Source: Chloroflexota bacterium
Lineage (GTDB): Bacteria; Chloroflexota; Dormibacteria; CF-121
Assembly (NCBI GenBank): GCA_034666565.1
Contig: JAXDLN010000119.1
Span: 204,162 to 268,161 of the forward strand
Direction: 5' to 3'
DNA length: 64,000 bases
Below are positions 24,041-32,733 of the stretch, one piece after another. Made by a program: the position numbers and the translations under genes. Positions within the stretch are counted from its first letter, which is position 1. Every line of letters begins with the position of its first letter. The notes beneath the pieces are model-generated. The model did no database searches. It worked only from the letters and a program-made list of their open reading frames with translations, and had not been told where the DNA came from.

Positions 24041-24439
24041 ATGCGTACGGTGATCGTGGGCTGCGGACGGGTCGGCTCCAGCCTGGCCCGGCAGCTCAGC
24101 CAGGAGGGGGACGACGTGGCCGTGGTCGATTCCAGTGAAGCCGCCTTCAACCGCCTGGGCGAAGACTTCGCCGGCGAGATGGTCTTCGGCTCGGCGGTCG
24201 ATGAGGACATCCTCCGCCGCGCCGGGACGGACCGGGCCGAGGCCTTCGTGGCGGTGACCAACGCCGATACCACCAACATCATGGCGGCCCAGCTGGCCCA
24301 GCATGAGTTCGGCGTCAAGAAGGTCATCTGCCGGATCTACGACCCGGCCCGGGCCGATCTCTACGCCGACCTGGGCATCGAGACCATCTGTCCAACGACT
24401 ATCGGCGCTGAGAAGGTCGCGCGCTTCTTCGAGAAGTAA
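24041..24439 (+). CDS. TrkA-N (KTN, NAD-binding) domain protein, 132 aa
   Basis: IVGCGRVGSSLARQL Rossmann motif. Confidence 0.75.
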   Translation: MRTVIVGCGRVGSSLARQLSQEGDDVAVVDSSEAAFNRLGEDFAGEMVFGSAVDEDILRRAGTDRAEAFVAVTNADTTNIMAAQLAQHEFGVKKVICRIYDPARADLYADLGIETICPTTIGAEKVARFFEK

Positions 24440-24445
24440 GCCGGC

Positions 24446-24619
24446 ATGACGCCCTACCGCTACACCCGAATCGTCGGCTTCGCGTCGCTGCTGCTGGGCA
24501 TCCTGGTCCTGCTGCGCGACCTGATCGAGGTACATACCGTGCCCTATGCCGTTGCCGGCGTCGGCCTGTTGGCCTTCGGCGCCTGGCGGCTCCAAGCGGC
24601 GGCGCGGCATCCGCATTGA
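24446..24619 (+). CDS. 57-aa single-TM small protein (not in the ORF track)
   Basis: ATG 7 nt after the trkA-N stop, reading MTPYRYTRIVGFASLLLGILVLLRDLIE..., and its stop overlaps the usp TTG start. Confidence 0.4.
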   Translation: MTPYRYTRIVGFASLLLGILVLLRDLIEVHTVPYAVAGVGLLAFGAWRLQAAARHPH

Positions 24620-25200
24620 GCCTCACGCTCAGTCCCCTCGGTATCACGCTGGCGGTCGCCTTCACGGTCGGCCTGGCCGGCACCCTCGGCTGGATGCTGC
24701 GGGTTCCGCCGCCGGCGCCGCGCGGCGCCACCAGCACGGTGCGGTCGGTGGAGTCGATCCGCAAGGTGCTGGTCCCCATCCTCGACCTCGGTGCGTCGGT
24801 CCGGGCCGTGGAGCTGGCGGCTCGCCTGAACCAGGGCCACAAAGCCGAAATGTTGATCGTCTACGTGCACGAGATCCCGCTCCAGGCGCCGCTCGCCATG
24901 CCCGAGAAAGACCCGAGGATCCAGCGGGCGCTCAATGCGGCCGCGTTCATCGCCACGCAACACGCGATCCAGCCCCGCACCAAGGTCAACGTCGCGCGCC
25001 AGGCTGGCCACCGCATCGTCGAGATCGCGCGTGAGGAGAACGTCGATCTGATCGTGATGGGGATCAGCCACCAGAACCGGCCAAATGAGAGCCCGCTGGG
25101 CCGGGTGGCCGAGCACGTGGTTCGGAATGCGCATTGCGAGGTGGTCGTCGATCGCGTGCCGCGCCAGAAGATGGCCCTGATCCCGACCGAGATGGACTAG
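24616..25200 (+). CDS. universal stress protein (UspA family) with N-terminal TM segment
   Basis: C-terminal IVMGISHQ...GRVAEHVVRNAHCEVVVV Usp ATP-binding region. Confidence 0.7.
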   Translation: MSLTLSPLGITLAVAFTVGLAGTLGWMLRVPPPAPRGATSTVRSVESIRKVLVPILDLGASVRAVELAARLNQGHKAEMLIVYVHEIPLQAPLAMPEKDPRIQRALNAAAFIATQHAIQPRTKVNVARQAGHRIVEIAREENVDLIVMGISHQNRPNESPLGRVAEHVVRNAHCEVVVDRVPRQKMALIPTEMD

Positions 25201-25931
25201 CGCGACAGCAGAGCGAAGACGGTCACCGTCCCGACGGCGTTGTTGAGGCCGTGCAGCAAAACGGTGTTGGTCAGCGAGCCGGTCCACGCGTAGACCGCAG
25301 CGAGCACAATGCCCATGTAGGTGAAGACCGGCAACAGCGCGACGCTGACGCTGGGACTTGCATGGGCCAGGCCAAACGCCATCGCGCTCAGCAGCACTGC
25401 TGCCCAGAGCGGGAGTCGGCGCCGGAGCAAGCGGAAGAGCATGCCGCGAAAGAACGTCTCCTCACAGAGGGGCGCCGCGACGGCGGTCACCAGCAGGGCG
25501 AGCAGCAGAATGCCGAGGCCGTGCGGATGCTGAATGAAGAGCTGGCGGGTGTTGCCCGGAACCAGGCGGCCGCCATTCAGAACGGCGGATGAGAGCGCGG
25601 TCACAACCGCGATGCCGATGTACCAGGGGACGACCAGTGCCAGGGTCAGGCCGAGGTCGCGCGGCGTGGGCCAGCGCAACCCGAGGAACGCCAGCGGGGA
25701 GCGCAATCGTCGCAGCGCGACGGCGATCCCGGCGCCGAAGGCCAGGTAGATGACGAGGGTTGCGCTCAGGACGATCGTCTCGATGTTGGCCCGGGTAAAG
25801 GAGCGGTCGAGGCGCGCCAGCGCTGCAAGCCCGGCGAACACCAGGATGACACCCATGATGATGAAGACGAGCACCGGGAGAAGGTCGAGCCAGCGCAGCT
25901 GCGGCTCCGGCTGCGGCGGCGCGACTTCCAT
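25197..25931 (-). CDS. CPBP (CAAX/Abi) family intramembrane metalloprotease
   Basis: EETFFRG, FGLAHA and HGLNNA motifs. Confidence 0.8.
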   Translation of the reverse strand: MEVAPPQPEPQLRWLDLLPVLVFIIMGVILVFAGLAALARLDRSFTRANIETIVLSATLVIYLAFGAGIAVALRRLRSPLAFLGLRWPTPRDLGLTLALVVPWYIGIAVVTALSSAVLNGGRLVPGNTRQLFIQHPHGLGILLLALLVTAVAAPLCEETFFRGMLFRLLRRRLPLWAAVLLSAMAFGLAHASPSVSVALLPVFTYMGIVLAAVYAWTGSLTNTVLLHGLNNAVGTVTVFALLSR

Positions 25932-25959
25932 TCGATGAATTATCCGCAGGCCGTGGTGA

Positions 25960-26433
25960 TCAGCTAGCGGTTCGCTGGCTGAGCCGCTCGCCGTAGGGCA
26001 GGCCCAGCGTCGCGCGGATCTCGAGGCTGAGACGCGTCAGGACTACCTTTGACTTCAGGAAGTATCGCTGGACGTTGGGAGCCGCGTGCCACCACAGGTT
26101 GTCCTCGGGCATGGTGTTGCTCAGGATCCAGATCGGGATCGCACCGGAGACGGGATCGCCAGCCCAGCGCTCGACCAGTTCCCGGCCGTCGACGTCAGGC
26201 AGCTTGAGGTCGACGAGGATCAGCGCCGGCACCCGGTCGCGGACGAAGGCATCCGCCTCCGCCCCGGTGCGGGCGTGCTCGAGAGGAATTCCGTCGCGGC
26301 GAAGCTGCAGCAGGTAGAGGGCCGCAACGTCCGCATCGTCCTCGATCAAGAGGACCCGCCGCTCCCTCGCCACACCAGCGACAGTAAGAGAGCAAGCTTG
26401 CGAGAGGCATTGCGTCAGCTTGGGACGGGTCAA
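25960..26433 (-). CDS. stand-alone response-regulator receiver (REC) domain protein
   Basis: VLLIEDD...ILVDLKLPDVDG phospho-acceptor region, no output domain. Confidence 0.7.
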   Translation of the reverse strand: MTRPKLTQCLSQACSLTVAGVARERRVLLIEDDADVAALYLLQLRRDGIPLEHARTGAEADAFVRDRVPALILVDLKLPDVDGRELVERWAGDPVSGAIPIWILSNTMPEDNLWWHAAPNVQRYFLKSKVVLTRLSLEIRATLGLPYGERLSQRTAS

Positions 26434-26837
26434 CCGGCGGCGGCTTGATCAGGCGGCGGTCGCATGCGATGTCGCGCCGTACGGTACGCGTCGTACGCGC
26501 AGAAGGCCCACAATCCCAGGCCGCCCAGGTCGAGCGGAATCCCGAGCGCGGCTCCGATTCCCGTCAGATCGAGCTCGGTGCCGATCACGAGCGGCCCCAG
26601 AATCGCGGTGAAGAACACCAGGCCTTTGAGCGGTGCGCCCGCATACCAGTGTCCCAGGCCGGGGACGATCGATAGGCGGGCGGCGCGACCGGGGCTGATC
26701 GCCTTCTGCTTCGCAAAGCGCCCGGTGCCGTCGATGATCTCGCCCTGCACCGGCTGCACCTTGAGCTGGGCGCCGCATTGCGCGCAGAAGAGCGCCTCGG
26801 GCGCCACCGGGTGCTCACATCGCGGACACGTTTGCAT
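26430..26837 (-). CDS. zinc-ribbon plus TM2-like membrane domain protein
   Basis: CPRCEHPV...CAQCGA ribbon, then GLGHWYAG...LWAFCAYDAY two-helix TM2-like motif. Confidence 0.5.
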   Translation of the reverse strand: MQTCPRCEHPVAPEALFCAQCGAQLKVQPVQGEIIDGTGRFAKQKAISPGRAARLSIVPGLGHWYAGAPLKGLVFFTAILGPLVIGTELDLTGIGAALGIPLDLGGLGLWAFCAYDAYRTARHRMRPPPDQAAAG

Positions 26838-26879
26838 GGAGCAAGCGTACTAGCATTACCGACGGTGCCGGCACCCGAA

Positions 26880-27644
26880 ATGTCTTCGGTTTCGATCACG
26901 GTCCGGATCCAGGATGGGATCGCTCGGATCACGCTGAATCGACCACCATTGAACGTGTTCGACATCGAGATGCTGCGACGGCTCAATGACGCGCTGCGCG
27001 AATGCGGCGCAACCTCGATACGGGTCGTGGTGATCAGCAGCGCCCTCTCCGGGGCGTTTTCGGCCGGCGTCGAGGTGCGGGATCACCTGGCCGGCCGGCT
27101 GGACGCAATGCTGTCGGAAGTCCGGGAGAATACGCGACTGCTCCTGAATCTGAAGCCGGTGACGATCGCCGCTATTCATGGGTCGACGCTCGGTGGCGGG
27201 GCCGAGCTCGCCTTGCTCTGTGACGTCGTGCTGGCGGGCGACGACACCATGTTCGGCTTCCCGGAAATCAAGCTCGGTGCGTTCCCACCGGTGGCGGCCG
27301 CCTGCTTGCCGGAGATGTGCGGTGCCCCACGAGCCATGCGGCTGTTGCTCGGCGAATCGATCACGGCGGCCGCCGCCGCGGCAGCCGGACTGGTGACCCA
27401 GGTCGTGCCGGCGGCGCAGCTCGCGGAGACGGTCGATCGGGTCGCAACCGACCTGGCCGCTCGCAGCGGGGTCGCGCTTGGCGCTCTCACCACCGCCACC
27501 CGCGGACAGCGAGCGCCGGCGCTGCTGCAACGGCTGGATGCCGCGGTCGCGACCTACCGGGCGACGGTCGGGCCCTCGCGCGACGCCGAGGAAGGGATCC
27601 GCGCGTTCCTGGAAAAACGGGCGCCCGCCTGGAGCCACCGCTGA
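26880..27644 (+). CDS. enoyl-CoA hydratase/isomerase (crotonase) family protein
   Basis: Start at MSSVSITVRIQDGIARITLNRP, oxyanion-hole region SGAFSAGVEV...GSTLGGGAELAL. Confidence 0.8.
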   Translation: MSSVSITVRIQDGIARITLNRPPLNVFDIEMLRRLNDALRECGATSIRVVVISSALSGAFSAGVEVRDHLAGRLDAMLSEVRENTRLLLNLKPVTIAAIHGSTLGGGAELALLCDVVLAGDDTMFGFPEIKLGAFPPVAAACLPEMCGAPRAMRLLLGESITAAAAAAAGLVTQVVPAAQLAETVDRVATDLAARSGVALGALTTATRGQRAPALLQRLDAAVATYRATVGPSRDAEEGIRAFLEKRAPAWSHR

Positions 27645-28558
27645 CCACCAAGCGTCGCTCACTGGCGGAGGCGATCGCCGAACACGTCCATGACGGCGAG
27701 GCGGTTGCGCTCGGGCTGGCGCTCGAATCCGGCATTCCGTTCGCCGCCGTGCACGAGATCATCCGCCAGCGACGAAGGGACCTGACGCTGATCGGGCCCA
27801 TCTCCGATATGGCCTTCGACCAGCTGATCGCGGCCGGCACGGTGGCGAAGGTGATCGCCGCCTGGGTGGGCAACGTCGCCGGCGGATCGGGCTACGGCTT
27901 TCGGCGCGCCTACGAGCAGGGCCAGCCCCGACGCATCGTGATGGAAGACCATTCGAACTTCAGCGTCGGGCTGGCGCTCAAGGCAGCGGCGATGGGCCTT
28001 CCCTACCTACCGACGTTCACCGGGCTCGGTGGCGATATCGTGCGCGGCCATCCTCGGATTCGGCCGATCGAGGACCCCTTCGGTGGACCGGGTCTGCTGG
28101 CGGTCGGTGCCATCAAACCCGACGTAGCCATCATCCACGTCCAGCGCGCGGATGCGTCCGGCAATGCACATCTGTGGGGCAACCTCGGCCTCACGGTCGA
28201 GGCCGCCTATGCAGCGCGGCGCACCATTGTCGTCTGCGAGGAGATCGTTCCGGATGACGTGATCCGCAGCGATCCCAATCGCACGATGATCCCCGGCTTC
28301 CTCGTCACCGCCGTCGTCGAGGAACCCGGTGGCGCGCTGCCCTCCTCCGTGCAAGGCTACTGGCACCGCGACTTCGAAACCTTTCTCCGCTATCACGGGC
28401 TGTCAAAAACCCTCGGCGGATATCAGTCCTGGCTCAAGGAGTGGGTGCTCGATCTCCCCGATCGGCGCGCCTACCTCCGGCACATGGGAGACGCCGCGGT
28501 GGAGCGCCTGCAGGTGCGCGAGCGCCGGCTCGCCGCCGCCGCCAATTTCGCGCCATGA
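27641..28558 (+). CDS. CoA-transferase family I subunit A (glutaconate CoA-transferase GctA-like)
   Basis: Collinear with Acidaminococcus GctA (LAEAIAEHVHDGEAVALG, DVAIIHVQRADASGNAHLWG). Homology puts the N-terminus at the CTG overlapping the hydratase stop (cTGA); no ATG/GTG/TTG is available. Confidence 0.8.
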   Translation: MTTKRRSLAEAIAEHVHDGEAVALGLALESGIPFAAVHEIIRQRRRDLTLIGPISDMAFDQLIAAGTVAKVIAAWVGNVAGGSGYGFRRAYEQGQPRRIVMEDHSNFSVGLALKAAAMGLPYLPTFTGLGGDIVRGHPRIRPIEDPFGGPGLLAVGAIKPDVAIIHVQRADASGNAHLWGNLGLTVEAAYAARRTIVVCEEIVPDDVIRSDPNRTMIPGFLVTAVVEEPGGALPSSVQGYWHRDFETFLRYHGLSKTLGGYQSWLKEWVLDLPDRRAYLRHMGDAAVERLQVRERRLAAAANFAP

Positions 28559-29304
28559 TCGCGACCTATACCCGCAGGGAGTTGATGGTGGTGGCGGCCG
28601 CCCGCGAGATCCGTGACGGCGAGGTCGTGTTCGTTGGGATGCGCCTCCCGCTTCTCGGCTTCGGCCTGGCTAAGGCCACCCACGCTCCGACCGCGGTCGG
28701 CCTCTTCGAGAACGGCGTCATCCGCGATCGGCCCGCCGAGGCCTTCATCTACACCATGGGCGATCCGCCCAATATCGTCGGGGCGATCGCCTGCCTTGGA
28801 CTCATCGACGTGATGAGCCTGCTGCAGCAGGGGCGAGTCGACGTCGGCTTCATCGGCGGCGCGGAACTCGACCCGCACGGCAACCTCAACACCACCCGAA
28901 CGAGCGGCAGCGGCTCGCTGGTCCGCCTGCCGGGGAGCGGCGGGGGCGGCGATATCGCCTCGCTCGCGGGACGAACCGTCTTGATCATGGAGCACGAGCC
29001 GCGCCGTTTTCGCGAGCGCGTCGACTACATCACATCCCCTGGGCATTTCCCCGGGCGGCGCCGCGGTGGTCCTGCCACCCTGATCACGACGCTTGGCGTT
29101 TTCGATCTTTCGAGCGGGCAGGTCCGAGCGGTCAGCTTGCATCCTGGCGTTACCCCGGCGCAGGTGCGTGACGCGACCGGCTTCACGATTGCGATCGACG
29201 ACGCGGTTGCGGCCACAACCCCGCCTTCCACGGATGAGCTCGCTTACATCCGGCGCGCCGATCCGGAGGGCTTTTGGACCGGGGACAGGACGAAAGGCGA
29301 GTGA
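28555..29304 (+). CDS. CoA-transferase subunit B (GctB-like)
   Basis: MIATYTRRELMVVAAAREIRDGEVVFVGMRLP and LPGSGGGGDIA match GctB. ATGA overlap with subunit A. Confidence 0.85.
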   Translation: MIATYTRRELMVVAAAREIRDGEVVFVGMRLPLLGFGLAKATHAPTAVGLFENGVIRDRPAEAFIYTMGDPPNIVGAIACLGLIDVMSLLQQGRVDVGFIGGAELDPHGNLNTTRTSGSGSLVRLPGSGGGGDIASLAGRTVLIMEHEPRRFRERVDYITSPGHFPGRRRGGPATLITTLGVFDLSSGQVRAVSLHPGVTPAQVRDATGFTIAIDDAVAATTPPSTDELAYIRRADPEGFWTGDRTKGE

Positions 29305-31271
29305 CAGTGGCGGCTCCGGTTTGGTCTCCGACGGAACAGCAGGCACGCCAGAGCCGGCTGTGGCGCTTCATGCACGAGCTCGGCTGCACCAGCTACCCGG
29401 AGCTCTGTCAGAAGGCCGCGCAGAACCCAGGCTGGTTCTGGGATGCGCTGGTCAAGGATCTCGGCATCGTGTGGTCGACGCCCTATGGCGAGGTCATGGA
29501 CACATCACCAGGCATTCCCCTGACCCGGTGGTTCCCCGGCGGACGGTTGAACGCCTATGAGTCGGCGGTGGTCCGCTACCGCCGGTTGGATCCAGACCGC
29601 CTCGCCATCATCGGCGAGACCGAGGCGGGGACCTCAAGGCAGCTGACCTATGCGCAACTCGATGAGACAGTGGAACGGGTCGCAAGCGGGCTGCGCGAGA
29701 TCGGCGTCGAGCGCGGGGTTGCGGTCGGGCTCTACCTGCCGCTCGTCATCGAGAATGCCGTCGCGCTGTTGGCCTGTACCAAGCTAGGGGCGGTCGCGGT
29801 GCCGCTCTTCTCGGGCTTCGGCGCGGAGGCCATCCGTCAGCGGTTGTCCGATGCGCAGGCACGTGTGCTGATCACGGCGGACGCCGCCGTGCGGCGCGGC
29901 CGGCCGGTCTTGATGAAGCCGATCGCCGTGGAAGCCGCCGCCGGACTGCCAGACCTGGACCGGCTCGTCGTGGTGCGGTGCGCGGGTGTCGACACGGCGA
30001 AGGACGGTGGCCGCGAGGTCGCGTGGGAGGATCTGGACCTGCCGCGTCCTCCGGTGGCCACGGAAGCAATGCGGCCGGATGAACCGTTGTTGCTCCTCTA
30101 CACCTCGGGCACGACCGGCCGCCCCAAGGGGACGGTGCATGGACACGCGGGTCTCCCGATCAAGGCCGCGCAGGATTGGGCGCTCGGGATGGACGTCCGG
30201 CCGGGTGAGCGCGTGATGTGGGTGACCGACATGGGCTGGGTGATGGGGCCGTTGCTCGTGTACGGCAGCCTGATGCTGGGCGGCACCGCGGTCTTCTACG
30301 ACGGCGCTCCCGATTATCCAGAGCCACGGCGTGTGTGGGACGTGGCGGACCATCAGGGCGTCACGCACCTCGGCATCTCCCCCACCCTCACCCGAGTCTT
30401 GATGGCATCGGGCGATCGGGCCGCCCCGCAGCGACCCGTCTCCCGGCTGCGCGTGCTGGCGTCGACCGGCGAGCCCTGGACCCCCGAAGCGTGGACCTGG
30501 CTGTTCGAGACGGTCGGCCGCGAGCAGGTCCCGATCATGAATTACTCCGGTGGGACCGAGTGCGGAGGCGGCCTGCTGTCGGGAAACTTCCTCACCCCCT
30601 CGAAGCCGGGCAGTTTCGCGGGCCCGATCCCCGGCATCGATGCCGCCGTTTTCAACGACCGCGGTCAGCCGGTCACGGGCGAGGTGGGCGAGCTGGTCAT
30701 CCGCCAGCCGTACCTGGGGATGACGCTCGGATTCTGGAAAGACCCGCAGCGCTACCTCGAGACCTACTGGTCGCGCTGGCCCGACATCTGGGTGCACGGC
30801 GATTGGGCGATGGTCGACAAGGATGGGCTCTGGTACATCCTCGGGCGATCCGACGACACCATCAAGGTCGCGGGCAAACGGGTGGGACCGGCCGAGGTCG
30901 AAGCCGCGGCCCTCGATGGCACGGCCGCGGCGGAGGCGGCCGCCGTCGGAGTCCCCGACCCGATCAAGGGTCAATCGGTGGTGGTCTTCACCGTCGCTCG
31001 GCCCGGCGCGGATCCCGCCGCGATCCCGGGGGCGGTGTCTCGCAGCATCGAACGGTTACTGGGCAAGCCCTTCAAGCCGGCGGCGGTGCACGTCATCCCG
31101 CGCCTGCCCAAGACGCGCAACGGCAAGATCCTGCGGCGCGTGATCCGCAACGTCTTCCTCGGCGACCCGCCCGGCGATCTGTCATCGATCGACGACCTCG
31201 CCTCACTCGAACCGATCCGCCAGCTCGGCAGTTCTCCCTCCGCCTCTGGCGACGGGCAGGGTGGGGGCTAG
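29301..31271 (+). CDS. AMP-forming acyl-CoA synthetase (acetyl/propionyl/acetoacetyl-CoA synthetase family)
   Basis: Acs-type N-domain and YTSGTTGRPKG AMP motif. GTGA overlap start at 29301 (alternative ATG at 29274). Confidence 0.8.
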   Translation: MTVAAPVWSPTEQQARQSRLWRFMHELGCTSYPELCQKAAQNPGWFWDALVKDLGIVWSTPYGEVMDTSPGIPLTRWFPGGRLNAYESAVVRYRRLDPDRLAIIGETEAGTSRQLTYAQLDETVERVASGLREIGVERGVAVGLYLPLVIENAVALLACTKLGAVAVPLFSGFGAEAIRQRLSDAQARVLITADAAVRRGRPVLMKPIAVEAAAGLPDLDRLVVVRCAGVDTAKDGGREVAWEDLDLPRPPVATEAMRPDEPLLLLYTSGTTGRPKGTVHGHAGLPIKAAQDWALGMDVRPGERVMWVTDMGWVMGPLLVYGSLMLGGTAVFYDGAPDYPEPRRVWDVADHQGVTHLGISPTLTRVLMASGDRAAPQRPVSRLRVLASTGEPWTPEAWTWLFETVGREQVPIMNYSGGTECGGGLLSGNFLTPSKPGSFAGPIPGIDAAVFNDRGQPVTGEVGELVIRQPYLGMTLGFWKDPQRYLETYWSRWPDIWVHGDWAMVDKDGLWYILGRSDDTIKVAGKRVGPAEVEAAALDGTAAAEAAAVGVPDPIKGQSVVVFTVARPGADPAAIPGAVSRSIERLLGKPFKPAAVHVIPRLPKTRNGKILRRVIRNVFLGDPPGDLSSIDDLASLEPIRQLGSSPSASGDGQGGG

Positions 31272-32365
31272 TTGCGGAAGTACTCGCGCAGGGGAAGATT
31301 GCTCGCCCATCCAGCGGCCCCGAGGTGGCTGAGGTGGAAGCCGTCTTCGACGGTGCGCAGCAGCCCGTAGTGATTCTCGGCAACGGCCGAGCGAAAGCCG
31401 CCGATCGCGTTCGGGGCGATGACGAGGGTGGCGACGTGTCCGCCCCAGCTGCCACTGCAGCAGCCGGCGTTGCTCGAGCCCTCGTCCCAGGTGATGAACA
31501 GCACTCCACCGTTTCGGAAGGCGGCTGAGCCGGTGATCGTCGGCACGACGGTCCGCAGCCAGGCATCGCCGGTGCCGACCGGACAGTCGTGCGTGTCGTT
31601 GCACATGTTGGGCGTGATCCACACGAAGTCGGGCACGTGGCCGCTGCTCATGTCGACCCAAAACTGTGTGAAGGGCGCGACGTGGGCCGCGCACCGTGCT
31701 GAGTTGTTGCGGATGCCGTTGTAGTACATGAACGGGTTGTGCTTCATGGCATAGTTGCCGGACGAAGCTCCCATGTAGCAGGGCACCGGCATGTCTTCCA
31801 TGTACGCCTTCCATGATCGACCGCTGCCTTCCACCTGGTCTGCGATATTGGTCGCGCTGACGAAGCAGGTGGTGCAGTCGCTGGCGATCCCGAAGGTGCT
31901 GCCGGCGGTGAGGGCGAGGTAGTTGGGCAGGCTCGGATGGGATGCCCCGTAATAGTTGGTTGCCAGGCCATAGCTGTTGACGAGGCCGTTGGTATAGGGG
32001 GCGGCTGGATTACCGACCACGCTGTTGTATTCGTGATTTTCCATGACGATCACAAAGACATGGGAGAAGGACGGAACAGCGGCGGGGGCTGGCGGTGGCG
32101 GTGCGGCTGCCGGTCCGTGGACCGGTGCGGCCGCGGTCGGCGTCGGCGCCAAGGTCGCGGTCGGTGTTGCCCTAGCGAGTGCGATCCGCGTGGCACGCTG
32201 CGCCTGGAGGTCGGCATCGTCGCTGGCGGACTGGGCGGGATAGCTGGTGGCGGGCGCGATCGACGCCGTCGGGTTGCTCCGCAGCACCATCAGTGTGGGG
32301 ACGGCCATCACCACGCCGGCGCCGACGATGATGATCGCGGCTTTCAGTCCCAACCCTCGCATGCC
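31268..32365 (-). CDS. secreted phosphoesterase-family protein (AcpA/non-haemolytic phospholipase C-like)
   Basis: HVFVIVMENHEYN, SLPNYLALTAG and THDCP motifs. Start taken at MRGLGLKAAIIIVGAG (TM/signal). The track ORF extends to 32593. Confidence 0.7.
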   Translation of the reverse strand, partial: GMRGLGLKAAIIIVGAGVVMAVPTLMVLRSNPTASIAPATSYPAQSASDDADLQAQRATRIALARATPTATLAPTPTAAAPVHGPAAAPPPPAPAAVPSFSHVFVIVMENHEYNSVVGNPAAPYTNGLVNSYGLATNYYGASHPSLPNYLALTAGSTFGIASDCTTCFVSATNIADQVEGSGRSWKAYMEDMPVPCYMGASSGNYAMKHNPFMYYNGIRNNSARCAAHVAPFTQFWVDMSSGHVPDFVWITPNMCNDTHDCPVGTGDAWLRTVVPTITGSAAFRNGGVLFITWDEGSSNAGCCSGSWGGHVATLVIAPNAIGGFRSAVAENHYGLLRTVEDGFHLSHLGAAGWASNLPLREYFRN

Positions 32366-32410
32366 ACGATTGACGCGATCGCCCAGCGCCTCTTGCGATT
32401 TGCACGTAGC

Positions 32411-32430
32411 GTGACACAACGTGACGTGAA
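32411..32430. promoter_or_regulatory. GTGAC direct repeats at 10-nt periodicity (Pho-box-like) in the divergent promoter region
   Basis: gtgacacaacgtgacgtgaa, ~45-65 nt upstream of the phosphoesterase start. Confidence 0.3.
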
Positions 32431-32474
32431 TCCTTCTGCCGGGTTGGAACGTTGTAGGGAGTAGGAGAAATCTG

Positions 32475-32666
32475 ATGAAGCCCCTGAACGCCGAGCTCGC
32501 CGCCCGCGCCTGGGAATTCGCCCAGAGTCTCGACCTGGACGAGTACCGCCGGCTGCAGTCGGAAGTCCGTTCGGCCTGGCCCGCCACCACCAAGCTGGAA
32601 GGCCTCGACTTCGACCGGGCCTTCCTGGCCTTTATCGCCGAACGCTGGGTCGATAAAGCCGCCTAG
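32475..32666 (+). CDS. 63-aa hypothetical protein
   Basis: Strong SD (GGGAGTAGGAG, 6 nt from the ATG). Confidence 0.5.
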   Translation: MKPLNAELAARAWEFAQSLDLDEYRRLQSEVRSAWPATTKLEGLDFDRAFLAFIAERWVDKAA

Positions 32667-32733
32667 CCCACCACGCTGCCCCTGGTCCGCAAGCACGCTT
32701 GAACTCAGGCGTTACTCGGGCTAGGCACCGGAC

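Noticed and set aside
29784-31528. 396-aa minus-strand and 436-aa plus-strand ORFs overlapping the acyl-CoA synthetase
   Set aside because: Antisense or out-of-frame to a gene with clear AMP-binding motifs.
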